A stretch of 64,000 bases of DNA from Vermamoeba vermiformis (lineage: Eukaryota): positions 124,001-188,000 of the forward strand of contig JBEWZL010000145.1 in NCBI GenBank assembly GCA_045837725.1. The letters run 5' to 3'. Numbering within the stretch: position 1 is the stretch's first letter; the number at the start of each line of letters is the position of its first letter. Both the position numbers and the translations under genes were made by a program. The notes beneath the pieces are model-generated. The model worked only from the letters and a program-made list of their open reading frames with translations, searched no databases and had not been told where the DNA came from. This document shows positions 53,201 to 64,000 of the stretch, one piece after another.

Positions 53201-55558
53201 TTAATAGAAAGCTAATCCGTTGCGCACACCTCCTTTGTTCATCTGCGAAATGGGCATTGACGAAATTATCTCGTTTTATGACCGAGGCAATGACAATGAT
53301 GGCGTCGGTTCAGGTAACAATGAATGAAATTATCATTGATTGGCATGTGCTAATATCAATACAGAGTCTGAAAGTATCTCGAAGAGGGCCAAAGAAGAGA
53401 AAAAGAAGCGCGGTGGCTCGTTCATGAAGAAGTTAGACTTTGCAGGCATTTTTACCAAAGACAAGGACAAGGAAGGTTCCGAAACCAAATCACCACGTGG
53501 CTCACGACGCAGTTTGAACATCAGTGGCGGCAACAACAACGACAAACTGCCCGAGCGAAATGAATCACCGTCCAAGAAGAAGATCACGGTCAGTCAGACC
53601 AAACCTCGCTCCAACACGCTCGATGGCTCGGGTCCTCCCCCAGCACTCTCGCTCAGCACAGGAGCGCTGTTCGGCAAGGGTCAGACCATTGACCACGTGA
53701 TTGGCGAGGACGATGAAGTGTCACCGCTCACTGAACGCGATGACGTGTCTCGTCGTGGTTCAATGACCGCGTCACCGAGCAGATCACCGCGCAAGTTGAG
53801 CGATCTGTTGCGCAAGAGCAAGAAGAAGACAGTGACTAGCGACTTCAAGAAGATTGAGGACGTCAAGTCACACACTCAACCTCTGCTCGCTGTCAGTGGC
53901 CTGGTGAGTTAAAACAAGTTTTGAAGTCATTTAATGTCGTGCTAATTGTTTGTGAGCAGAAAGAGAAGATGATGATCGTGCCCGTGCCTGGCTATTACAT
54001 TGAAGAGCCACGAGGACCAATGCCCAAAACACTCAAGCTACAAGAGTTCTTGCACTTGTATGATTATCAGCGATACTTCTACAACACTGGTGAGTCACCC
54101 TTCAGTTGTTTCTAATCATCTTACATATTCTAATCTGTCTTAATTAGAACACGTCAATTTCGTCGGTGTTGATCAGACTATTGGCCCGTTAGTCATTTGT
54201 ATCTCACGCGAGCCTGTTGAACCTTCCATCGACGATCCATTGCGCGGTGCTATCCCTCGTAAAGTGTGCAATTATAAGACTGTCCCGCGTCGTGAAGTGC
54301 GAAGAAACATTGCTGGCAACTTCTCAGCACGTGTTCGCAGCGGTACGTACTAGCTCGTTAATGCAGCCTTATCTCATTGGAATTGTAGTTGCTGCCATTG
54401 ACGCAGAGAAGAGCATTGAAGATCAAACAGACAAGGCCAAGCTGTTCCCGTCCAAGTTCATTTACCGCGCACTCGTCAGAACCAAGAAGGGCGATTTCAG
54501 AGTGTCAATTCCACTGACAATGCTCAAAGAGACTAAGCGCAGATATATTCGACCACAATCACTGTTAAAGGCCTTGCAAGAGTGCTTCAATCAAGACGAG
54601 TCGCTGTTCTCGTGGTCAGCTAACTTCAGAGAAGCTCCGCCCGAGAAATTGCCTCACGACAAGCTGCGCGACATGGAGCAGAAGTTGGTACGTACCATTC
54701 ATAGAAACATCACACATCATACTAACGTATTGTAAAGAAAATGAATGGCTACAAGTTCGGTGTGATCTATGCCAAAGAAGGTCAGTTCACGGACGATGAC
54801 ATGTTCCAGAATGGTAAGTTTAATGCACTAATACTACGTGATTATGTACTAACTAGCTCTGTCTAGCTGATGGCAGTGCTGTGTTTGACGACTTCTTGTC
54901 AATGATTGGCGAGACGATCGATCTGAAGGGCTGGCAGAATTACAACGCAGGTCTGGATGTCAAGGGCAACACCACCGGCAAGCACTCAGTGTACACCAAG
55001 TTCCGCGACTACGAGATCATGTTGCACGTGTCCACGCTGTTGCCTTTCAATGACGAAGACACGCAGCAACTTGAACGCAAACGACACATTGGTAATGACA
55101 TTGTGGTGATTATTTTCATTGACGGCAAGAGCACGTTCAACCCCGCGCTGATCAAGTCAGTCTTCAATCACGTCTTTGTGGTCGTGTCACCTGTCAACAA
55201 CAACAACTCGAACTCTAAAGAGCAGTTGTACAAAGTGGAAATTGTGACTAAGGAAGGTGTCTTAGCCTCAGAGCCAGTGTAAGTATCGCTATTTAATGAT
55301 GCTATTATAGAGCAGTGTTTGATAATCATATTACAGACTACCGAACCCGCCAATTTTTACTCGAGGTCCTCAATTCAGAGAGTACTTGTTAACAAAGCGT
55401 AAGTTATATGTGATAGTAGCCTATAAGATGTTTATATTAATGTGATATTTGCAGTGATTAATGCTGAACGAGCTGCGTACTTGGCAAAGAATTTCTTGGG
55501 TCCGATTGAGTGGACTCGCGGCAACTTGTTAACGGAATTATTGGACAAGAATAGTTAA
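50298..55558 (+). CDS. Multidomain Rap-GAP: glutaredoxin-like + DEP + DUF547-like + LRR + RapGAP
   Basis: IYTAAGCVNS..VPLVF; TFKGRTLVKWL..SLYRF; IHFA..LP.MF..Y..DFG; LRRs; YKFGVIY, EIMLHVSTLLP, ERKRHIGNDIV. Confidence 0.85.
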
Positions 55559-55650
55559 TCTATGATCTTCCTGTAGTAAAGTCTTCAACCATTATAAATA
55601 GGATTGTAATATAATTATAAATAATAAAACTCTGTTCATTCTACAACCTT

Positions 55651-57306
55651 TTATTCCTGTTTGTTGGCACCGTCGTCCTTCTCCAAAAAATTGGTTGTTT
55701 TGTGTTTGGAATAGATTTCAAACCTTGTGCTGCGCGCCTTGTATGCTGTGACTGCATTGGGATTGGGTTCGACGTAATAGGGACGCTTGAGCACAACGTG
55801 TGACGAGGCGTATTTGAGTGCCATGGCGACCAGGTCTTCAGCACTGGGATCTGGACCTAACAACTTGCGTGCAATGACCATTTCTTTCTTAGACATTGGC
55901 GCGTTGGTTTTGACTCGTAGAGGATACATCGGGTCTAAATAAATCACGTGCGGCTTCAGTTCTGTGGCTATTTTGGGCAACACTTCATTCGAGTCACCGT
56001 GAATAATAGTGATGCGGTCCATCATGTCTTTCAAGAGCTCGTTCTAGTGCGCGTCAGTTACAATTTCAATTAATTAATAGATTCGTACCTGTTTAGCGAC
56101 TTCATAACCCTCTCGGAGCAATGTATATACAATGGGATTGCGCTCAATGATGGTCATGTGCACGCCAAAATACGTGAGCACAAAGGCGTCAATGCCGAGA
56201 CCACCTGTGGCATCGACAACACGCATCTCGGTCAGAGGAACTGCCTTGCCGAGTGAGCGCACGAGTGGACTGCGCAAGTTGTATTGAAATCTGAGAAGTG
56301 TCGTCAGTACTGTGTTGAGAGCCTGTAATGGCACTTACTTGGCTTTAATGCCGAGTTCAGCTGAAGGGAAGGGGCTGTAAATTGGTCCTGGCAACTGTCT
56401 GTCATCACTGCCACCTGTGACACGTGTCAGCCAGTCACGTTAATTATAGTCAGGCTGATCCACTTACTGAGTTGTTGCAGTTTAATTCTGTTGTCCTTGT
56501 CAATCAACAATGTGAAGGGATACTTGGCACCTGCTTCCTTCAGATTGGGCATGACTTCAAGTCCCAACTGCTCAGCGATGTGTTTGGCACGTGTCATCAA
56601 TTGTTCCGCATTGGGTACTGTCATATTAGCTGTCACGCAAATCTGTGCAATGGAGGTTAGTTTCTGAGTGCTGGATCCAACAGACTTACATTCCGTTGCA
56701 ATTCCTCAGTGACTAGCTGCTTATTTAATCCATCAATATTCTCCAACGGAGTAATATTCTTCGTTTGTTTGTATTGTTTGCCCATGGAGGTCATTGTCTC
56801 AGTTTTACTTTGGCGTTGGTTTCTTTCGCTTCGGATCGCATTTTTGTTGATAGTTTTGGATATTAATAGATTTTCGCCTCTAATTATATCTTTGTTGACC
56901 GTTAACGATCGCTGCTTTTTCTTGTGTTGCTTTAATTGGGCTGATTTTTCAGTTGTTGATCCGGATTCAGTGTTTTGTGCTTCTTTACCAACTTCTACCA
57001 CTAATAATCTTGCACTAGTGTTATATTTATTGCTTCTCGTTATCGAGTTGAACAGTGACTGATGCTCCGTTTGGATCTACATAATTAAACTGTCAAAAAA
57101 TAACTCTGATTTATTTATCGGGAAATCAAATACTGCAATATATTTGCATGGACCACTGTCGTATAAAAAAACAGCATTTAAATTTTTTAAAATTCATGTT
57201 GCGAAAAAATTATGATCTGATCGGGGATCCACGAATTACTTACCCTACACGTTCGTCCTACTCTCGATGTGAGTGTTATTAATGTATTAACTCCTTGTTT
57301 GAGCAT
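55651..57306 (-). CDS. rsmJ: RsmJ/YhiQ-like SSU rRNA guanine-N2 methyltransferase with N-terminal extension
   Basis: VVDATGGLGIDAFVL, ERNPIVYTLL, VIYLDPMYP, VVLKRP, TRFEIY; multi-exon. Confidence 0.85.
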
Positions 57307-57461
57307 GATTGTGTGTTGTGTCTCGTTACTGGTAGAAGAAAAAATGTAAAATTGAGTGTTTCATTAATGAGCTCACGACGCGTGCTACGACCACAGACTA
57401 ATTATTGACTTGTTTATTTTGTATTCAACTATAGTCGATTATTGTGAATATCAAACATCAG

Positions 57462-58997
57462 ATGTTATTTAGAGCTGTCTTGGTTGGCACAAAGGCGGTC
57501 AACAAAAATAGATCTATTTCCAGAGGTAAATTGACTGATCAATTGATAAGATTAAATCAATATAAAATCAATTTAATTGCCAAAGATATTTCAAATTAAA
57601 TTAAATAATATTGTAGCGATGAATGCAAGACGAGAAAATAATTTTTGTTTTCATTAAAATTATCAAATTTCCCCATCGATCTTTTCAATACTAATACAAT
57701 AATATAACATAGCCCTATTTCAAAAAAGAAAGCACAGCAGCACCAAGCCAGACCCTTCAGATCCGCTGTCACGTGACACGTACAAAGGTCTCGCACTGCA
57801 CGGCTACAACGCCCTGTCCGAGCTGCGCTGGAGTGAAGTTGAAATGCCGCTAGAACTCAACGACGATCAACTGCTCGTCAAGGTGGAGGCTGCGAGTATT
57901 AATGCACTGGATGTGGACATGTTGAATGGCTACGGCAAGCAACTCTTTGAAAGTGTGCGGCCCTTGCCCGCTGTATTAGGCACGTGATATATCTCTTGAT
58001 TACTATACTAGGCAAGTCTAATAATAGTATCACAGGTCGAGATTTCTCCGGTGTAGTTGTGGCGAAGGGCTCCGGTGTGTGGAATTACAAGGCAAGTACT
58101 GACTGGTACTAGCGATCACGTGCCGCTAACACTCTAAATATAGCTCGGTGATCACGTGATTGGTGCACCATTGCCTTACGCGCAAGGAACGTTCGGCGAG
58201 TATTGTGTCGTGAGTGAATTCCAAGTGGCACCCAAGCCCAAGAACTTGTCGCACGTTGAAGCCGCAGCACTCCCTTACGCCTCACTGACAGCCATGAATG
58301 CGCTGCACGATGCCAATCTGTTGCAGGGTCCTGCTTCGGGGCCCATTGCAGTGCTCGGAGCTACAGGAGGCGTGGGCACAGCGGCACTACAACTACTGCT
58401 CGCACTCACACCGACGAGTCAGAGCATTCCCATCATTGCTGTCGCGCGTCCTGGCTCACCGCACACCGCACGACTCGAACAGCTGTTGCAAGGCCGTGTT
58501 CGCGTTGTGGCTGGCGGACCTGAACTCGCCCTCACCACTGCTGGTGGTCCATTCACAGCGATTGTAGACCTCGCTGGTGTGATTGAGAATCAGTGGCTGC
58601 CGCTGCTGAAAGAAGGTACCGTAGATATTTTGTCGTCGCTGCCGTGCTAACTATGACCCCAGGTGGCTCGTTCTCCACAGTACGCGGCAATCTAATCAAG
58701 ACAGCACAAGAGTTCTCGCACTTCACAGTGGGCCTCGGCTACGGCTTTGCTAACTACTTGTCGCACAAATACAAAGTGCAGCAAGATCACAACATCAATT
58801 ACGCGTGGAGTTATTTCTGGCCGAGCAGTGACAAACTAGAATCAATCGCAAAACTTGCTGAAGAATCAAAAATTAAGCCAGTCGTCGACAAAGTGTTCGA
58901 GGCTGTAGATTATTTGCAGGCCTTTGAATACTTAGAGAGCGGATCTCACTTCGGCAAAGTTGTTTTGTCCTTTGAGAACTTGCCGCGCAGTGAATAA
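57462..58997 (+). CDS. RTN4IP1: RTN4IP1-like NADPH:quinone oxidoreductase (MDR family), mitochondrial-type presequence
   Basis: VKVEAASINALD..GYG, LGRDFSG, EAAALPY..LTA, GATGGVG, IKPVVDKVF, GKVV. Confidence 0.8.
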
Positions 58998-59050
58998 TAA
59001 ATGGACATCCAATTGTATATAAATATGGCGTATTTAATTACATGGTAGCG

Positions 59051-60248
59051 TTAAGCCTTGCGCGTGATGAGCGGACTTGACGGCGACGGATGGGCGGACT
59101 CACCATCAGCGTAGTACTCGCCGTAGTGTCGCACGTCAAACTGCCAATCAATCTTGCTGAAGTCGTAGCAGTAGCTCGCAATCACGGCTAAAAAGAGCAG
59201 CACTGTAGTGATCTCGCTCAATGCACCTAAAATCAAAGCGTTAAACTTCTGCCGTACCGCCTTGCGCCCAGAAGAACTTACACAGAGTGAAGATCAAATC
59301 ATTGCTGTTGAAGCGAATTAAGACGACCACTGAGTACAACACGTTAGTACCAGTGACTGATATAAGAACTGATATGTAACGTACAAAGCACGGTGAACAC
59401 TGACGAGCCAACAGCGCCAGTGACACGCAGCACACGTAACTTGTGCGAGCTCAATTGCAGGGACAAATCAAAAAATGCTTGGAAATACATGTACACCTGC
59501 ATTGCGATGAGTATGTGAATGGCTTATCGATATAATGAGTACTTACAACAGCGGGCAAGAAGAACACAAGGGTCATAATCAGATGCACTGCAGGTGTGTC
59601 GTGGTAGCGAAAAACAGACAAGCTAGTCAGTCCGAACCCCGCTGCAATATCATGTTAGTACATGCACTCGCTAGTCATCATATGAACGTGCCTATCCAAG
59701 CCAGCACAACTGATGCTTTGTTCTCGCGTCGTTTGCCTGTGGGAATTAAAGTCTTAATTATCACCGCTTTAGGCGCATATTTATAAATCCCATACTAGTA
59801 TACATGACATTCTTGTTAAATCCTAGTGCCATTTCTGCGCTTTCAATTGCACCGTTGATAAAGTTATATCGAAAACTGTTTCCGATCCGTTAGTGACATG
59901 TGACCGCCATAATTAATTAATTACATACTGCGCGAATAAAATTAGTAAAAACGACGTGAAAGATAAGCCAATAGCACCAATGGAAGCTTCTGGAGCTAGT
60001 GGAAAACGGATCCATTAAAATTAGTTAATAATTAAAATTTACGCTTACGGTAATTTAGGGTCGCTGAAATGAACGTGATTATTTTGCCATCAGTGTGTCC
60101 GTTACTAAAATTAATATTCAATGTCAGATCCGATCAGGGCCAAGAATTTCTCCGGGAGAAAGCCTTACTAGTAAGCCATTGGATATGTAATTGACATGGT
60201 GATTACTGGCACCAATATTAAAGTGAGGGGGAGCCACGCTAGCCTCAT
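59051..60248 (-). CDS. Frag1/DRAM/Sfk1 (TMEM150-like) membrane protein
   Basis: MRLAWLP..Y..GH..FIS..PEASIG; several TM exons; C-terminal SE....F..SY.YDF pattern. Confidence 0.7.
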
Positions 60249-60454
60249 CTTGTCAGGTCTGGTGCAGTTCGAAAAGTCACGAAATAAATGTGAGATCTCA
60301 GCTATGCAAAATCATTTTATTGTTTAATGATTACGAACATGATTACAGTTTTATAGGCTGAATATTTAGTGTATATATTGATATAGCGGTATTATTCACA
60401 AGACTAGAATTCGACGGATCTGATCCAATACAAAAGGGTGCCTAAAAACAGAGT

Positions 60455-62410
60455 TTAAAGAGGCAATTCGAAGTGAACCTTCAATTGCGCATCTTCAGCA
60501 ATTCGGCTAATTTGAGCAATAGAAACAGCGTGAGCAGCAGCTTGATCCAAGTCATCAACGGGGATCAAACGCAAACCACTCTTCTCCATAATTTCTTTAG
60601 CCTTGCCGACGTTAGTACCTTAATATAGCACCTGTTAGACCACGTGCTCGACGACTACCACACAACATAATATCGTTCACGTACCTTGGAGACGAACAAT
60701 GACGGGCACACGCATGCTCAGTTCCTTAGCCGCGTTGATGATGCCGAGGGCAATGACGTCACAGCGCATGATACCACCGAAAATGTTGACGAGAATAGCT
60801 CGCACATTGGGATCTTGGTTCAAAATCTTGAAGGCCTCAGCGACTTGTCGTTCACTGGCACCTCCTCCGACGTCCAAAAAGTTGGCGGGGTTACCACCGT
60901 GCAATTTAATAATGTCCATCGTAGCCATGGCCAAACCAGCGCCGTTCACTGCACGACAAAACACTGTTAGAGTCACGATCAAAGCATAGTCATTAGACTG
61001 CACGCTACTCACCCAAGCAGGCAATGTTGCCGTCGAGACCAATGTAGTTCAAATCGAATTGTGAGGCTGCAACTTCGCGCGGGTCCTCTTGCGAAGGGTC
61101 GCGCATGTCGTGCACGTCCTTTTGTTTGAACAGAGCGTTGTCATCAAAGTTGATCTTGGCGTCCAAGCACAACACTTCACCAGTGCTCGTCTCGACGAAA
61201 GGATTGACCTCGACTAATGTGGCGTCTTTCTTAATGAACAAGTCGTACAGCTTCAAGATCTGATCGGCGACCTCAGCGTAGTTCTTTTTGAATCCAATGG
61301 CCTTGGCGACACGTTCAGCTTGTTCGCGTTGCAAACCCTTGAAAATATCAATGCCCTCTTTGACGATCAAATCAGGGGTCTCAGCAGCCACACCTTCAAT
61401 ATCCACACCACCAGCTGATGATGCAACCAACACAGGGCCGTAGAATGAGCGGTCCATGGTGATGGCCAAGTAGGTCTCTTTTCTGTTGTATTTTCGTTCG
61501 CATATGTACACGTGGCTGACAGGTCGTCCCTGTTCGCCAGTTTGCTTCGTAATCAATCGATAGCCGAGCATTTGTTTCGCAATTTCAGCGACTTCTTCCG
61601 GGCTGAGTGCAATAGTTAATAAATAGTCTAATATTCAGAGAGTATATGGTATTGCTTAAATAAGCCTAATTAGCGTGTTGATAACATAAAATATGCAAAA
61701 TGGAGGTGATCGAATTAATCTTGATAACGGAGAAACGTCCGAAAGCGGCATCCGTACCTGGTGCAAATATGAACTCCACCGCGAAGACCAGAAGTGAATT
61801 TACCCTTTCCTCGACCACCAGCAAGAACTTGAGCCTTAACGATCACATCACCGCCTGTTAATGGTGCAATTAGAATTCAATTAAGCCTTCACAACAAAAA
61901 TTAATAAAAAATTATCAATAATTGTGGAACGTTCTGGAAGGTATGATTGATGGTTATATATGAAAATCGGCCATAAAAATAATTAGATATACGAAAATCA
62001 AACAATATTCAAAATATTCGTTGCAACTGACCAATATCAGCGGCAATTTTAGCAGCCTCTTCGGGGGTTGCGGCCACAGCACCGCGAGGTACATTGATGC
62101 CAAAGCTGCGCATTAAATTTTGAGCTTGATATTCGTGGACGTTCAAGCGACGGATTTGTATCCTGTTGTCAAAGGGGCTTTTTGTCTAAAAATCAAAATA
62201 ATTAGCATTAAAATTAATTATTAACATGTAGCATGCCTTATTCATCAACAAGCTTGGACGAGCAGAGAAGATATTGTTAGAAACGCTGGTCAACTTTTGC
62301 GATGTGGTATTTTCAGATCGAGGTTTGCGAGCCACCAAAGAGGTAAAGCTTCTCTTAGGGACGGCATTGACCACTTTGCAAGCCTTGGATAAGAGTGTTC
62401 GAGCAAGCAT
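60455..62410 (-). CDS. SUCLA2: Succinyl-CoA ligase beta subunit, mitochondrial (ADP-forming type)
   Basis: [53 protein letters not shown]-terminal FELPL. Confidence 0.95.
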
Positions 62411-62767
62411 GGTGGAGTACTGTGAGATAGTTGAAAACAAAATAAAAAAATGTCCGTTCGAAAATCAATCAAGATTGAGCCTCAACGTGCGGTGAAGTCG
62501 CTTATGAATGCACTAATAACAACGAGCATGATATTAATTTACGTTGCTAAAATAATGCGACGCTAAGCAGCGAACAGAAAGCGGCACTTAGAAGCCAATT
62601 GCGTCTAGACGACCGTTTCCGAAAGAACCCCTTCTCTACAATAGTATAGATACCTCTGTTAACTATTTATTGTTTAGAAATGTCATAGGTATTTTCTGTT
62701 GTGTAATTCTGCGTGTGCAAAAAAAGAAAGTTGAGAGTTGTCCGGTGCATTTTTATGCGAACAGACG

Positions 62768-64000
62768 ATGGAAAAGCCAGAGAAGGGCACGAATAATAAT
62801 AATTCGTCCTCTTCACGAATTAAATTTAACGACGAGAATGATGCGGATCTGTCTTCCCCGTACAAAAAGGCGCAAATGAGTTTGAATACTCATCTGTCCT
62901 TTCATTTAGAGCCCAAGCCAAGTCCATTATTATTTACATCGTCGTATAAACAAGTATATTTGGACGAAGCTAACAAAGAGCTCGTGATTATCAAGGATGA
63001 TAATACCATACTTCGACAGCCAACAGATCAACCAGACAAAAAGCCAGAAAATTATGGGTAGGTTATTCACATCGTATAATATAATATTCGTCATTATTTG
63101 ATATTGGCTGTATTGCAATAATTTTTTAAAGTGAAGAAATTAAATTTGACTGTTTTTTCAATAATATTGTGTACATACGATTACTGATTTTATTATTAGC
63201 ATCAATACTATAGGAATCAGGTCTGCAAAATTCTCGCCAGACCACAAGTATTTATCAATCCAAAAGAATGACACCGAGATCGTATCCAAATAACTCTATT
63301 TTATCAATGTCTATGCTTTGTACATTTGCGATTTTGTTCCTTAACCTAACGATAATAGGAATTCATTAATTTGAAGCACATGTCAACGATAAAACAAAGC
63401 TGCAAGACCTCAACGCGATCACCAAACAAGATCTTAGATTTTTATTGGGCTAATGCTTCAAACTTCTTTTATGTGACTCAACAAGGCGTAGAATTATATA
63501 AGGTACGAGATCATATCACTATCATACCTTACTAATACTCTCGCAGTTTTACCCATTGAAATTGATTAAAGAGTTCAAACACGCAGTCAATTGGTTTGTC
63601 TATTCAGTAAGGCCATCAATCGCATATAATGAATCCATACTAATCTATTTATAGCCTCATTTGCGAATATTGCTCACGACCTCGGGACCAAAATCGAGTC
63701 TGTTGCAAGGGTATCATTTCACTTTGCGACCGAACAATGTCATCAAACTGCCGCAGTTTTTCATTGACCTCGCTCCCAATGATGGTGGTGCCGTTAAGCC
63801 ACACGAGATAGCTATAGCACAATTGTGAGTTCGACAGAAATGCTTCTTTGACGCGTGACACTGACATGCATTTACACAGGTACTCACGCGTGTACTGCAT
63901 TCACATCTACAACAAGAAGCAAGAGCTCGTGTTGTATCACTTGACCAAGGACAATGTCATCAAAAAGCTGGGCATTGATTTGCACACCAATGGCACTGTG
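62768..64000 (+). CDS. RMC1: Regulator of MON1-CCZ1 (RMC1/C18orf8/Mic1), 5' part
   Basis: VYLDEANKE, KFSPDHKYLSIQK..IEFIN, CK..ILDFYW..VTQQGVELYK resemble the RMC1 N-terminus. Confidence 0.8.

Noticed and set aside
57768-57777. Perfect GTCACGTGAC (CLEAR/E-box) palindrome
   Set aside because: Lies inside coding exon 2 of the RTN4IP1-like gene (LSRD), not in a promoter

Overview
Gene-dense, intron-rich eukaryotic nuclear DNA using the standard code. It holds about 32 protein-coding genes, mostly short introns (about 45-300 nt) and intergenic gaps as small as 30-50 bp. The Dictyostelium-type STAT, the gene set and the intron style suggest a free-living amoebozoan protist (inference only). Recognisable genes: AP-3 delta and beta, ALKBH1, epoxide hydrolase, RGP1, mitochondrial carrier, ISY1, GSK3-like kinase, SAMHD1-like dNTPase, NUBP1, DNLZ, PPIE-type RRM, tandem ubiquitin-like protein, ZZZ3, CPBP protease-like, double bromodomain protein, CMAS-family methyltransferase, PCYT2, STAT, SWI5, PhyH, METTL1, DDX11, F-box/LRR, aftiphilin-like, multidomain RapGAP, RsmJ-like, RTN4IP1-like, DRAM/TMEM150-like, SCS-beta and RMC1. 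Top observations: (1) an intronless ISG15/FAT10-shaped di-Ubl that has lost most chain-forming lysines, in the same window as SAMHD1 and STAT; (2) a frameshift in SAMHD1 at a conserved motif; (3) U12-type minor introns and at least five GC-AG introns; (4) a Grx-DEP-DUF547-LRR-RapGAP fusion; (5) a Hop2-like winged helix fused to Swi5; (6) a spliced, probably mitochondrial, bacterial-type RsmJ. Gene spans include introns and were spliced by hand. No database searches were run. No tRNA, rRNA, CRISPR array or transposon was recognised.
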